Part shown: piece by piece, positions 28,830-39,063 of the stretch
Position numbering within the stretch: position 1 is the first letter of the stretch
Layout: the number at the start of each line of letters is the position of its first letter
DNA from: Bacteroidota bacterium
GTDB taxonomy: Bacteria; Bacteroidota; Rhodothermia; Rhodothermales; Bin80
Assembly: GCA_028873925.1 (NCBI GenBank)
Contig: JAPPNA010000014.1
Span: 3,692 to 67,691, forward strand
Direction: 5' to 3'
DNA length: 64,000 nt
Notes under the pieces: generated by a model
The model's input: only the letters and a program-made list of their open reading frames with translations
What the model was told of the DNA's origin: nothing
Database searches by the model: none
Translations under genes and position numbers: made by a program

Positions 28830-29984
28830 ATGCTGTCCGCTGCGGCCCTGCTGCTTGCGGCCGGGTGTGATTTTGGGCCTGCTGCGAGCCTGCATGACCC
28901 GAATCGCATCAGCAGTCCAGATCCCGTGATTGATTCGGTATCGCCGGCGGGACTTGCGCTGGCCGGAGTGGACCTTGTGACAGTCATCGGGCAGAATTTT
29001 TCGGGCGATATTGCGGGCAATCTGGTCTATTTTGGTCAGAGTCGGGGCACTATCCTGGAGGCATCACCGACGCAGATGAGCGTGCTGCCGCCCAATGCGC
29101 CGATGCAGAACCTGCTGCTTCGTGTGTCTGTGATTGGGGCGGAAAATTTCAGCAACGGCGTGACGTATTCACTGGATGCCGCGGCGGCCCCGTTTGGCAG
29201 CATTCTGTCTTTTGAAGATATCTTCAGCATCACGACGGACCTCGCGGGCCATATCTACATCTCGCTGATCTCGGATGCCCGCCCCGTCGGGATTGAGCGC
29301 CTGGATGCGGAGGGTACGCGGAGCCGTTTTGCGCAAAGCGGGTTCGGATGGGCCGATATGGCGTTCGGTCCTGATGGCCAGCTCTATACCGTGCGGGCCG
29401 TGCGGGCGGTGTTCCGATTTACGGAAGGCTCTTCCCAGATGACATGGGTAGTCATCCCGGATGTCACCGTAAAGCTTAGCGCCGTTGCCGTAGACGCATC
29501 TGGAGTGGTCTGGGTCGCGGGCGACAATGCGCATATTTATTCGCTCTCGCCTGACAAATCGGTGCAGATGCACGCCTTTGAGGCCAATGTCCGAGATCTG
29601 GCTCTGGCTGACGATTACCTCTACGCGGTGGGGGAGCAGCAGGACCGGCATGCAGTCTGGCGCTTTGCCCGCGGAGCGGGGGCGCAGCTGGGACCCGCCG
29701 AGGAGATTCTTGATATTGCAGGTCAGGGCGGCCGTCAGGGCCTGTCGGTCGCCGTAGCGACCAGCGGACATGTCTACGTCGGCACCGACGCTACGGACCC
29801 GGTGATCCTGGTGGACCCGGATGGGACCGCCGAACCGTTGTACCCTGGAATTCTAACCTCTCCCGCCAGTAAAATGGCATGGGGCCCTTCGGGCTATCTT
29901 TATGTGGTCCGGGATCGTTCCGAATCGCTTGACCCGACCATTACGCGCGTCAACACGCGTCGGGAAGGCGTTCGTTTTTTCTAA
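28830..29984 (+). CDS. Lipoprotein with IPT/TIG domain and beta-propeller (NHL/SMP-30-like) region
   Basis: MLSAAALLLAAGC lipobox at ATG 28830. IPT-like PVIDSVSPAGLALAGVDLVTVIGQNFSG..LVYFGQ. Repeated GxxYV/VW strands afterwards. Confidence 0.65.
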   Translation: MLSAAALLLAAGCDFGPAASLHDPNRISSPDPVIDSVSPAGLALAGVDLVTVIGQNFSGDIAGNLVYFGQSRGTILEASPTQMSVLPPNAPMQNLLLRVSVIGAENFSNGVTYSLDAAAAPFGSILSFEDIFSITTDLAGHIYISLISDARPVGIERLDAEGTRSRFAQSGFGWADMAFGPDGQLYTVRAVRAVFRFTEGSSQMTWVVIPDVTVKLSAVAVDASGVVWVAGDNAHIYSLSPDKSVQMHAFEANVRDLALADDYLYAVGEQQDRHAVWRFARGAGAQLGPAEEILDIAGQGGRQGLSVAVATSGHVYVGTDATDPVILVDPDGTAEPLYPGILTSPASKMAWGPSGYLYVVRDRSESLDPTITRVNTRREGVRFF

Positions 29985-30005
29985 CCTTTTTTACCCCTTG
30001 GATTC

Positions 30006-31370
30006 ATGAGAACTTTTCTGCTTGTTTTTTCCTTATTGCTACCGGCCTCCGCCACGGCGCAGAACTGGGTCAGCATGGGTGGTTTTCCAGATGACAATAC
30101 CTGGACCACCTACATGCACGGCCTGGCGGTCGATGCCGAAGGCAAGGTCTGGGTCGGTCCCTGGCCGACGTACACATGGGTCACAGCCAGCGGCGATACC
30201 GTCAGGGATGCCAACGGCGAGGCCCTTAGTACGCGCACCATTCATGTCTATAATCCGGACGGTACCGTAGCCATGGAGCCAATACGGACCATAACGGTCG
30301 GTGGTGAGACCGATACGCTGCTGTCCAACGTTACCATTCGCGGACTGCGGGCCGATCACAATGGCAACATATTGCTTGTGCTCGGCGGCTCCAGTATGAT
30401 GTACCGGATCAATCACCAGACAGGTGAAGGAATGGATAAGGTCTTCCTGGATATCGGCTCGCCCGCTGCACCTGGTGTCGATGCGAACGGCAATATATTC
30501 GTTGCCGCCGTGGTGCCCGGTGCTCCCATCAAGATTTACGGTCCGGACTTTATGGATACCGGTGTGATTGCGGCTGATTCTTCAAAGGGCTTTTCCCGTG
30601 CCTTTGAGGTGTCGGCCGATGGCAATGCGGTCTATTGGGTTGGCTACAGTAACCGGCATATCCTCAAGTACACGCGCGCCGACGAGTTTTCCGAGTTCAA
30701 CTACACCATGCCGGACACATTGCATTGGGGGCTGATTTCCGAGTCCAACCATCGCAACCCCGCCACTGGTAACATCTGGTTCGGGCATTCCCAGGGAGCC
30801 GGTGTGGAGCCTTCAGAGAATGTGGATCTGGGCTACGGATTTGGAAGCGAGGATCAGCTGCTGACCTGGTATGAGCTGGATACGATGACCGACGAACTGG
30901 TGGACAGCCTGAAGGTGACGCTCATTCACCCCTGGGACCAGCAGAAAACCCGCGCGATCGCCTTTGCCCCGGATGGCAAGACGGCCTATGTGGCGCTGTG
31001 GGAGACCAACCTGCCTACGCCGCTGGATCCCCCTGAAATTGCTGTCTACAAGTTTGTCAAAACGGAGACAAGCAGTATTGAACGCGACGCGGTCGGCGTA
31101 CCGGAGCAGTTTACGCTCAGCCAGAATTATCCGAACCCGTTCAATCCCCAGACCAAGATCGAGTTTGACCTCATGGAGGCGGGTGCAGCCCGAATGGCGG
31201 TTTACGACATTTTGGGTCGCGAAGTCCGCGTGCTGATTGACGAGCACCTTCAGGCAGGACGTTACACGGTGACGTTTTCGGACACCGGCAACCTGCCCAG
31301 CGGTGTCTATCTGTATCGCCTCATGGTGAATGGTCAGTCTTTGTCGGGTCGAATGATCCTATCCAAGTAG
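30006..31370 (+). CDS. Beta-propeller-like secreted protein with canonical T9SS type-A C-terminal sorting domain
   Basis: Signal peptide LLLPASATAQ. C-terminus FTLSQNYPNPFNPQTKIEFDL..AVYDILGREVRVL..LPSGVYLYRLMVNGQSLSGRMILSK. Confidence 0.8.
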   Translation: MRTFLLVFSLLLPASATAQNWVSMGGFPDDNTWTTYMHGLAVDAEGKVWVGPWPTYTWVTASGDTVRDANGEALSTRTIHVYNPDGTVAMEPIRTITVGGETDTLLSNVTIRGLRADHNGNILLVLGGSSMMYRINHQTGEGMDKVFLDIGSPAAPGVDANGNIFVAAVVPGAPIKIYGPDFMDTGVIAADSSKGFSRAFEVSADGNAVYWVGYSNRHILKYTRADEFSEFNYTMPDTLHWGLISESNHRNPATGNIWFGHSQGAGVEPSENVDLGYGFGSEDQLLTWYELDTMTDELVDSLKVTLIHPWDQQKTRAIAFAPDGKTAYVALWETNLPTPLDPPEIAVYKFVKTETSSIERDAVGVPEQFTLSQNYPNPFNPQTKIEFDLMEAGAARMAVYDILGREVRVLIDEHLQAGRYTVTFSDTGNLPSGVYLYRLMVNGQSLSGRMILSK

Positions 31371-31386
31371 TGCCTGCACCATTATA

Positions 31387-31417
31387 GGGGGCTCGGCCAT
31401 GCCGGGCCCCCTTTTTT
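31387..31417 (+). terminator. Rho-independent terminator after the 30006-31370 gene
   Basis: GGGGGCTCGG-ccatg-CCGGGCCCCC (10-bp stem, one G-U pair) followed by TTTTTT, 17 nt after the stop codon. Confidence 0.85.
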
Positions 31418-31731
31418 GTTTGCACGCGGCGGTGCTTCATCATGCCGGATGCGTTCGGCCTCCAGACCAGCGCTTGGCCTTGGATTGTTGATGCTGCGTA
31501 AGCTGGGGTGGGATTGCGGCCCCTTCGTGTGGTTCCCCGGCCTGCCCGGTTTGGTTGAGGCCCAATCTCCCTCAATTCGGCGGCTCGGGGGCCATCGATC
31601 CCGTAAAGACCCCGTCGTACCGGATCGGGCGGCCCAAAGACGAATGTCATGTTGTGATATTTTTCGTTTTCCCTGTTACCTGACACGGCGCTTTGTGCCT
31701 TGAATTCAGTCAGATCACACCGGCCCATCCC

Positions 31732-33473
31732 ATGTTTATTCGGCGCTACCGTTACACCCGCAAGGATGGCTCCAAGGCCTGCGGACACATCCTCCTGGAG
31801 AACCACCGCTTCCGCGGCAAATTCAAGCAGCGCACCCTACTCAATCTGGGCAAAGACTTCAACGTCCCCAAAGAGCACTGGCAGCAGGTCACCCGCGAGG
31901 TTGTCAACCGGCTCCGCGGCACGCCCACCACTGATCAGGAAGACTTTGCCTACAAGGAAGTGGTCAAAGACTTGGCCGACCGCTTGGATGCATCAGGCTA
32001 CAAGGAGGGGCAGAAGCCCATTGAATATCTCATAGTAGAGCCGAACTTTGCGCACGAGGCGCGCTCGGTGGGCGGCGAACGGCTGTGTTTGAAAGCGCTA
32101 CGCGATCTGGGCCTGATGAAGGTGCTGCGAAAGCTGGGCTTCCAGCCGCGCGCGGCCAGGATCTGCGCGGCCCTAGTGGTGGCCCGGATGCTGAGTCCCG
32201 GCCATCATCCCCATCGTTGGATGAAGAAGCACTCGGCCATCTGGGAGCTGCTGGGACTGCACAAGAGACCGCCTTCGGAGAGTACCGCGCACCGGCATGT
32301 CGACCGGCTGGTGGCGCAGAAAGATGCCATCATGAACGGGGTCTGCGATGGTGCTACGACATATCTGGGTCTTCGCGATACGATTTACTTCTATCACCTG
32401 ACCCGCACCCATCGCTCCGGTCATAAGAAGGCGGAACAACTGGTGTTTAACTATCAAGGTCGGCATGACCATCCACTGATGGTGATGGTCATGGATGCGA
32501 GCGGCTTTCCGCGTTCGGTGGACTTTCTGGCGAGCAATGTGAATGAGCCGGGCACCCTGAAAGATACCCTTGAGCGACCGGATGCGGCATACGTTGTTAT
32601 GGATGCCCACACATCCACCGAGGCCGACTTGAAATGGTTGCGCAGTAAGCAAATCGCCTTGTGAAGTGCCAAACGCCGGACCCCAAGGCAGACCGGATGG
32701 CCTCCACGCGGTCCGGGCACCTGGCCCGGCACTGGCAGTTGGAAAGGAGTGACGATGAGTCGTGGCTCAATGTGCGGGCCCGTGCGGCAGTAGCAGACCG
32801 GATCCTGGAATCCAAGCACCAGAAGTTTGAGGAGGCCCTCATGAAGCTCCACGCCGATTTGGCGCGGCCCTACTGTCTGAAACGGTATGCAAAGGTGCTG
32901 GAGTCGGTGGGACACCTCAGGGAGCGCTATGGTCGGATGGCGAATCAGTACGACATCCAAGTCAGGAAAGACCCCAACGGTCCCAATGCGACCCAGGTTA
33001 CCTTCGCCCGCCGAGAGAGCTCTGCCACCGTCGGCGGTGGCTATGTCCTGCGCACCAGCTACAAGGACTGGGACCTGGAACGCATCGTGCGCACCTACGG
33101 GCAATTGACGAATATTGAAAATACGTTCCGCGCGCTCAAGCTGGGACTGCGGCAGATCAGCAGGGATGATCGGATCGAAGGGCATATGTTTGTCTCGGTA
33201 CTGGCCTATCACGGCGTGCAGTTGATTCGCACGAAATTGAGGAAATGCAAGGTGAATGATGACTGGGGCTCGCTCCAGACCGATCTCCGCAACTGGCAGC
33301 GTGTCACGACCATGGTTACGGATAAGGCCGGAGATACCCTGATCCACAAGCAGGATTGCCGCCCCAGTAATAGGCAGCGCGAATTGGCCCAACACCTGGG
33401 CGTAAGCTGCGGCAGACACCTTGAACAGACACGGATTCCACGCGCTGGAACCACGACTGCCGGAGACACCTGA
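31732..33473 (+). mobile_element. IS1634-like (IS4 superfamily) transposase gene, split into two frames at about 32661
   Basis: N-terminus MFIRRYRYTRKDGSKACGHILLENHRFRGKFKQRTLLNLGK is typical of IS1634-family transposases. The C-terminal part carries YVLRTSY..IENTFRALK..GHMFVSVLAY. ORF1 stops at 32664 and ORF2 continues in another frame from 32661. Element ends not determined. Confidence 0.75.
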
Positions 33474-34564
33474 TCATCCGGGTACGGAGCGTAATACGTT
33501 TGAGTGGTTGCAAATTGTGGCCGACTCGGGTACCGGATGAAGGAGGAGTCCGTGAGCCATGTCATTATGAACCCGGCCGCAATCCCCCGGGACTCATTGA
33601 CCTGATGGGCCTCCGGTTTCGGATCTGTGCGGATCCCATCCGTATGACAGGCAGTAATCTACAGGGCGTGCTGGTCATCCTGGCATCCCGAGCGAGCAGC
33701 TCGAACAGTTGGATTACCGGGCCATGGCATTAACCCGCGCTGCGCGGACCATTGAGCGCCCGGATACGAAATCTGAAGTACCCCTTGGACGATCGGCGCT
33801 GATTGTGGACCCGATGGGTAGGCTGGCTGAGGATTCCAGGACCACACTTATGCGGGATGCGGATCTACCTGCCGTGAATTCAGTGGCAACCCGGACTGCC
33901 CCCGCAATGTAGGCTGAGCAGTCTTGTGACCGAGCGATTCATTGGGCGGGACTGGGACGTGCCTAACCGGCATGGGCGGTTATGTTGTTGATATGCAGGG
34001 TCCGGCCACGCCGATGTGCGATCCGGCCCCGACCATTTTGGGCAGAGAAAGGTCGCCCGAGGGTCTCATGATAGAGGTGATTTTTTTTCATATTTGCAGG
34101 CCTGCCAAATCCTTGGACGCACTATTCGGAAGATCCGGGCGGGATCGCAGACTTGCGCGGATTACAAATGACCCTACTAACATCCGCAAGCGCATTCCCA
34201 CAGCGATGTTCGGCAAATATCGTTTGAGCCAGGGCCTGCCGGATGGTCAAATGCACCGGACGGGGAAATCCGACCCGGTCGCCTCGCTGTATGTACGGCA
34301 TTGGGCTGACGATGCAGCCGAGGGGTGGATCCGGCATGGGGCGGTGGTGGGGAACACTGGAAAGACGGATTAACTCATGACCGATCTGTTGCTTTTGTGA
34401 GATCACGCCAGTACCTTGAACAGTTGAGATGGGAAATCTGATTTAGTGGCTCTCATGAGGCGGTCCGTTTCGGTCACCATTGGTAGGACGCTGTGTGCAG
34501 GAATTGCCCGGCTTGCAATGGCTAAACCGGCACTGGGCCCATCCAAGATCTTCTGACCCTCCCT

Positions 34565-37500
34565 TTGATCAATTCCATGAAAAACTTCAGATCTGCACGT
34601 TGGGCCGCCTTTGTCCTCGCGTTGGGGGTTGGCACAGTGATTTGGACGCAGTCCCGCACCCACTCCGATAAGCCCATCAGTAGTGGGGCTCAATTGGCGG
34701 AGGTTCCAAAGGGCCATCCTGACCGATATTTTGCTTATCACCGTGACATTCGGCGGCCCACAGATGGCAGAGACTCCTATACTGTAGGGTATCGGATAAG
34801 AGAATTTGAGGAGGCCCGAAAGAGGGCCAAGGGTCCTGGAAAACAGCTCAACTGGACCGAAATAGGTCCGGGCAATGTCGGCGGTCGGACACGGGCCCTG
34901 CTGTTGGATCCAGATGATCCAACCCTGAACACTATCTGGGCTGGCTCAGTGTCGGGTGGGCTGTGGAAGAGTGTTGATGGCGGAGAACGATGGCTCCCTC
35001 AGACAGACGATTTGCCCAATCTGGCCGTTTCCTCCTTAGCCATGGCGGAGAGTAATCCAGACATTATCTATATGGGAACCGGTGAGGGCATGGCCGGTGC
35101 AGGTGGCGTCGCTGGAGATGGGATCTTTAAATCCTATGATCGTGGCAAAACATGGACTCACCTGTCGTTTACATCCGGGACCGATGAATTCAAATACGTA
35201 AACCGCCTGGCCGTAGATCCGGAGGATCCTGATGTGGTAGTCGCCGCGACGGACCATGGGATACTTCGATCGGCAGATGGAGGTGAATACTGGGAGCTGG
35301 TGTACTCTGGCTATGCCGCAGTGCAGGATTTGCAAGCGCAGCCTGGCAATTTTGCAACACAGATCGCCGGTGAGCACGGCATGGGCATGTTGGTATCTAC
35401 CGATGCCGGTGTGACTTGGAATATGGCTGACAATATTCTTATTGACCGGGCGGGAAGGATAGAGCTGGCCTACTCGCCTTCTCACCCCAATACGGCCTAC
35501 GCGGTTGTGGACGGACAAATAGGTGCTCAGTTGTATAGCAGTGATGACGGAGGTTTAAGCTGGCTGCCCACTACAGAACCCACGAATTACAACTGGTTGG
35601 GTGGCCAAGGCTGGTTTGATAACACCATCGCCGTGCACCCGTTCGATCCCAACACGGTTTTCGTGGGAGGAATCAGGCTTTGGCGTACGCAGTTGACCGG
35701 TGACAGGGCAGCGGTGCCGACACCGGGCGATCTGGATTTGGGCGGCACCGATTCGTGGCTTGCATTTGCCACCAATTGGGGGGCAGCCTTTAACGGAAAA
35801 GCACTCTATAGGCATCACTTAGCTGTGGATGTCGCGGTATCGGATTACTCCAACATTGAGATCCGATTTGGACAAGGATCGCAGAAAGCGCATCGGTTTT
35901 GGGTTGCAGAGACTGCTGGGTTTTACGGTAACGGGGGTTCGGATGTGTCTCTTTACGAATACAGATACGCGGATTATGTTGAAGTGCCTTTTCAGGTGTG
36001 GGACACCGACAACCAGCGGCAGCTTATGGTATCCTTTCGTGATCAGGCCGAGGACGGAAGCTTTGACCTGAAAGAATACCATGTAACCACAGTACTCGGC
36101 ACGCGCGACGAGCAGAGTCATGAGCTTTTATTCATTCACAAATATGATTATGACGATGTTGCGCCTCACAATCTTATCGCTAATGATGCCAGTGTCGTAC
36201 GCGGCATGCTGTACGGCATGTGGCCGGTGCTGGCATCCGGTGCCGCTTGGGATCCCGCCAATCTTCCGAACCAGACCGTAACGCTGGAGTATGTGCACCT
36301 TAACACGCATGTTCGGCGAATAGATGGTGGAATTGATCGGCATCGGAACATTCATGTGGATCATCATGGCATTCTGCCGGTAGCCATTGACGAGGTGACG
36401 GGTGAGTTCTGGGTATTTAATGCAAATGATGGGGGCGTGGCTGTGTCCAAAGATAATGGCGAGACGTTTGTTGAGTTGGACAACCCGTTTTCGGGCTACA
36501 ATACATCGCAGGTCTATGGTGTAGCTAAGGCACCTGGATTGCCAAGGTACATCGCAGGGTTTCAGGACAACGGCACTTACCTATCGTACGCAGCGCCAAT
36601 CGCAGGCCGGGGATGGCGACATGTCGGTGGTGGCGATGGCGTGGAAACCGTTTGGCATTCAAGCGATGATGACAAAATTTTGATTACGACGCAGTACGGC
36701 GGGGTCATCCGCACGGTCAGCGGTGGCGGTAGATGGGACCAAGTAAGGCCTTTTGATCAACGGCAGGGACTGTTTGTAACATCTATTGATGCTAGTGATC
36801 TGGCTCCCGACGATGTATACCTTGTCAAGCGAGATGGTGTCTGGCGATCCAGGGATTTTGGATTGAATTGGTCGCTGTTCTCCTTATCCGATTTTGGGGG
36901 ATGGCAACCCTGGGATGGGTGTAAAGTGAGAGTATCTCTGGCCGACCCCGATGTTGTCTGGGCTGGCTGCGGGCTGGGTGGTGAATCGAATAGGACTTTT
37001 TTTGTTTCCAAAGATCGGGGAACATCTTTTAGTCCCGTGTTTGTGCAGAACACTATTGGGGCACCCGGTGCTATTTCGGGACTGGCAACGCATCCGTATG
37101 AAGCTGGTACGGCCTACGCAATCTTTTCTTCTTCCGGCGCACCCAAGATTTTGAAGACAGACAATTTCGGTCAGACTTGGGTGGACCTGTCCGCCTTCCA
37201 TGACTTCGCCAGCACAAATGGTTTTCCGAATGTGGCGGTATACGATCTGGTCGTAATGCCGCATGCGACCGATGAGATCTGGGCGGGCACGGAGATTGGA
37301 CTGTTCATTTCAAAGAACGGCGGCGACAGCTGGGAGTATGCAGACAACGGCCTGCCGCCTGTTTCCGTTTGGAGGATGAAAATCAGAGATGAAGAGCTCG
37401 TCGTCGGTACGCACGGCCGTGGCGTGTGGACGTTACCGCTTTCGGAAATCAGCGTGGGCACAGAGCAGGTTGCGCACGAAGTACCCTCCGAGTTCCGATT

Positions 37501-37753
37501 GGACCAGAACTACCCCAATCCCTTCAATGCGACCACGACCATAGCATTTACTGTGCCTCGGCAGTCCCAAATCCGGCTGGCGGTGTTCGATGCGCTTGGG
37601 CGCCAGGTGGCGGAACTGACCGATCAGGGGTATGAATCGGGTCGGCATTTGGTGAGTTGGCAGGCTGGCGCACAGGCGAGCGGCACCTACTTCTACCGCC
37701 TAACATCGGATGGCCGCCTAGTCCAAACGCGCACCATGACCTTGGTGAAGTAG
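34565..37753 (+). CDS. BNR/Asp-box repeat beta-propeller protein (sortilin/VPS10- or GH74-like) with T9SS type-A CTD
   Basis: Repeated SxDxGxTW-type boxes (SVDGGERW, SYDRGKTW, SADGGEYW, STDAGVTW, SDDGGLSW, SKDNGETF, SKDRGTSF, TDNFGQTW, SKNGGDSW). C-terminus LDQNYPNPFNATTTIAF..AVFDALGRQV..SGTYFYRL. Confidence 0.85.
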   Translation: MINSMKNFRSARWAAFVLALGVGTVIWTQSRTHSDKPISSGAQLAEVPKGHPDRYFAYHRDIRRPTDGRDSYTVGYRIREFEEARKRAKGPGKQLNWTEIGPGNVGGRTRALLLDPDDPTLNTIWAGSVSGGLWKSVDGGERWLPQTDDLPNLAVSSLAMAESNPDIIYMGTGEGMAGAGGVAGDGIFKSYDRGKTWTHLSFTSGTDEFKYVNRLAVDPEDPDVVVAATDHGILRSADGGEYWELVYSGYAAVQDLQAQPGNFATQIAGEHGMGMLVSTDAGVTWNMADNILIDRAGRIELAYSPSHPNTAYAVVDGQIGAQLYSSDDGGLSWLPTTEPTNYNWLGGQGWFDNTIAVHPFDPNTVFVGGIRLWRTQLTGDRAAVPTPGDLDLGGTDSWLAFATNWGAAFNGKALYRHHLAVDVAVSDYSNIEIRFGQGSQKAHRFWVAETAGFYGNGGSDVSLYEYRYADYVEVPFQVWDTDNQRQLMVSFRDQAEDGSFDLKEYHVTTVLGTRDEQSHELLFIHKYDYDDVAPHNLIANDASVVRGMLYGMWPVLASGAAWDPANLPNQTVTLEYVHLNTHVRRIDGGIDRHRNIHVDHHGILPVAIDEVTGEFWVFNANDGGVAVSKDNGETFVELDNPFSGYNTSQVYGVAKAPGLPRYIAGFQDNGTYLSYAAPIAGRGWRHVGGGDGVETVWHSSDDDKILITTQYGGVIRTVSGGGRWDQVRPFDQRQGLFVTSIDASDLAPDDVYLVKRDGVWRSRDFGLNWSLFSLSDFGGWQPWDGCKVRVSLADPDVVWAGCGLGGESNRTFFVSKDRGTSFSPVFVQNTIGAPGAISGLATHPYEAGTAYAIFSSSGAPKILKTDNFGQTWVDLSAFHDFASTNGFPNVAVYDLVVMPHATDEIWAGTEIGLFISKNGGDSWEYADNGLPPVSVWRMKIRDEELVVGTHGRGVWTLPLSEISVGTEQVAHEVPSEFRLDQNYPNPFNATTTIAFTVPRQSQIRLAVFDALGRQVAELTDQGYESGRHLVSWQAGAQASGTYFYRLTSDGRLVQTRTMTLVK

Positions 37754-38339
37754 ACTGGAGTACGACCAACTGATACCTGCGGATGGTCTGATTCGCGCCA
37801 ATTGTACATGGGCCTAGGATATTGACGCGGGTTTGGTGGCATCAGGGTTTAGCATATGTGGGAACTATAAATCTCAAGCTGATTGGCCAGAAGGCTGTGG
37901 GCGTACGGTATACTGGTGATAAGGCCTTGGCCGATGTTCAGTGTGCGGAAGGCTCGGGCTGTTTTCGGGTTCGCATACGGAACAGTCAGGCATCGGTGGT
38001 CGTGCAGACGAGCCTGTCGGCGACCCGGATACCGGCGGCGCGGGCGACGTATTGGCCAGCTGCCCCCTGTGCAGGCTGCAGATTCAATTCGGTTCGTCGG
38101 GGCTGACTACCACCACGGCCGCAGTTTCATCCGGTTTTGCAGCTGAAGTTCATCGACGCGGCCCTCAGGGTGCGTCGACATGCGGGGTTCCCGCCACCGC
38201 TAGGGATTCACATAGTGTGGCAGGCAGCAACAAAGCACAAGCCGCAGTGCTAAAGGAGAAACGCTGCGCCAGATGGCAAAAGGCGTGCTGTTCCGACCCG
38301 GCTCCAATGGCATCCTATGTGATGGTGGCCAATCTTGAT

Positions 38340-38790
38340 CGGACTATAGGAGCGCGCCAGCTTCTCCCAACGATTCAGCCTGCAGCTATCGGCATCTATT
38401 GAAGACATGTTCCACGCGCCCTGCGGCGTTCCAGGGCTGCTGACTACCAAGAGCGGATTTACGGGCTCGTGGTCGTCTTGGTGGGGCCTGTAACGGTGTG
38501 CAACTGGACGTGCGTGAAGCTGATGAAATGCAAGGTACAGGAGAACCCGGGTGCGCTCCAGCCCGAACTCCGCAACCGGCGGCGGCCCCCCTTCACGGAC
38601 ACGGACGGCGACACCCTGATCAACAAACAGGATTTCCGCCCTAATCAGCGCGAACCGGCCAAACACACATGTTGTAAGCTGCGGCAAACAGACGCGGATG
38701 CCACGCTAAGCCGCCGCTGTGCAAAGCAACCGGATCAGCCGGAATCAGTGCGCTCAAGCGGCTGTCAGATATGGGCACGGGCACGTTGAA
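38340..38790 (+). pseudogene. 3' remnant of a second, diverged IS1634-like transposase gene
   Basis: By-eye nucleotide and protein alignment to 33110-33520. attgaagacatgttccacgcgcc vs attgaaaatacgttccgcgcgct (IENTFRALK region). GDTLINKQDFRPNQRE vs GDTLIHKQDCRPSNRQRE. gtaagctgcggca shared. Several frameshifts. Confidence 0.7.
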
Positions 38791-39063
38791 TGCGAACTAT
38801 CGTCCCCCGCCCTATCATGTTTGGAATGAACCCGTCCTTCCCGTAAACGACACTGTTCAGGTCCTATGGCTGCGCCCATAACCGGCCCGTCCTGCCCTTA
38901 CATGAATCCCCTGTGGCCGATCCGCGGCAAGATCGGGACCAGCCCATGCCCGCAGGGCCGAAACCTTGATTTCCCGGTTGTGGGCAGCATAGACCACCCG
39001 CACCGATCCGACGGGGTAAATACCAGGCGGCAGGAAGGCATTAACCCCTTTAAGCGGCGCATT

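Noticed and set aside
31697-31710. 14-nt near-repeat GCCNTGAATTCAGT at 31697 and 33868, considered as possible IS ends
   Set aside because: The match is centred on a palindromic TGAATTCA and is direct rather than inverted. The first copy lies just upstream of the transposase ATG. This is insufficient to define termini.
33474-34564. 1.1-kb ORF-poor stretch with small ORFs (33942-34373 +, 34122-34406 -, 34403-34741 -)
   Set aside because: None of the translations shows a recognisable motif or a coherent hydrophobic/charged pattern. It is probably eroded mobile-element DNA. It is kept only as part of the island finding.
37754-38340. ORFs 37822-38106, 37883-38146 and 37941-38402 (+), and a short minus-strand piece MSTHPEGRVDELQLQNRMKLRPWW
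   Set aside because: They are overlapping, low-complexity and without motifs. They probably represent junk between the BNR gene and the IS remnant.
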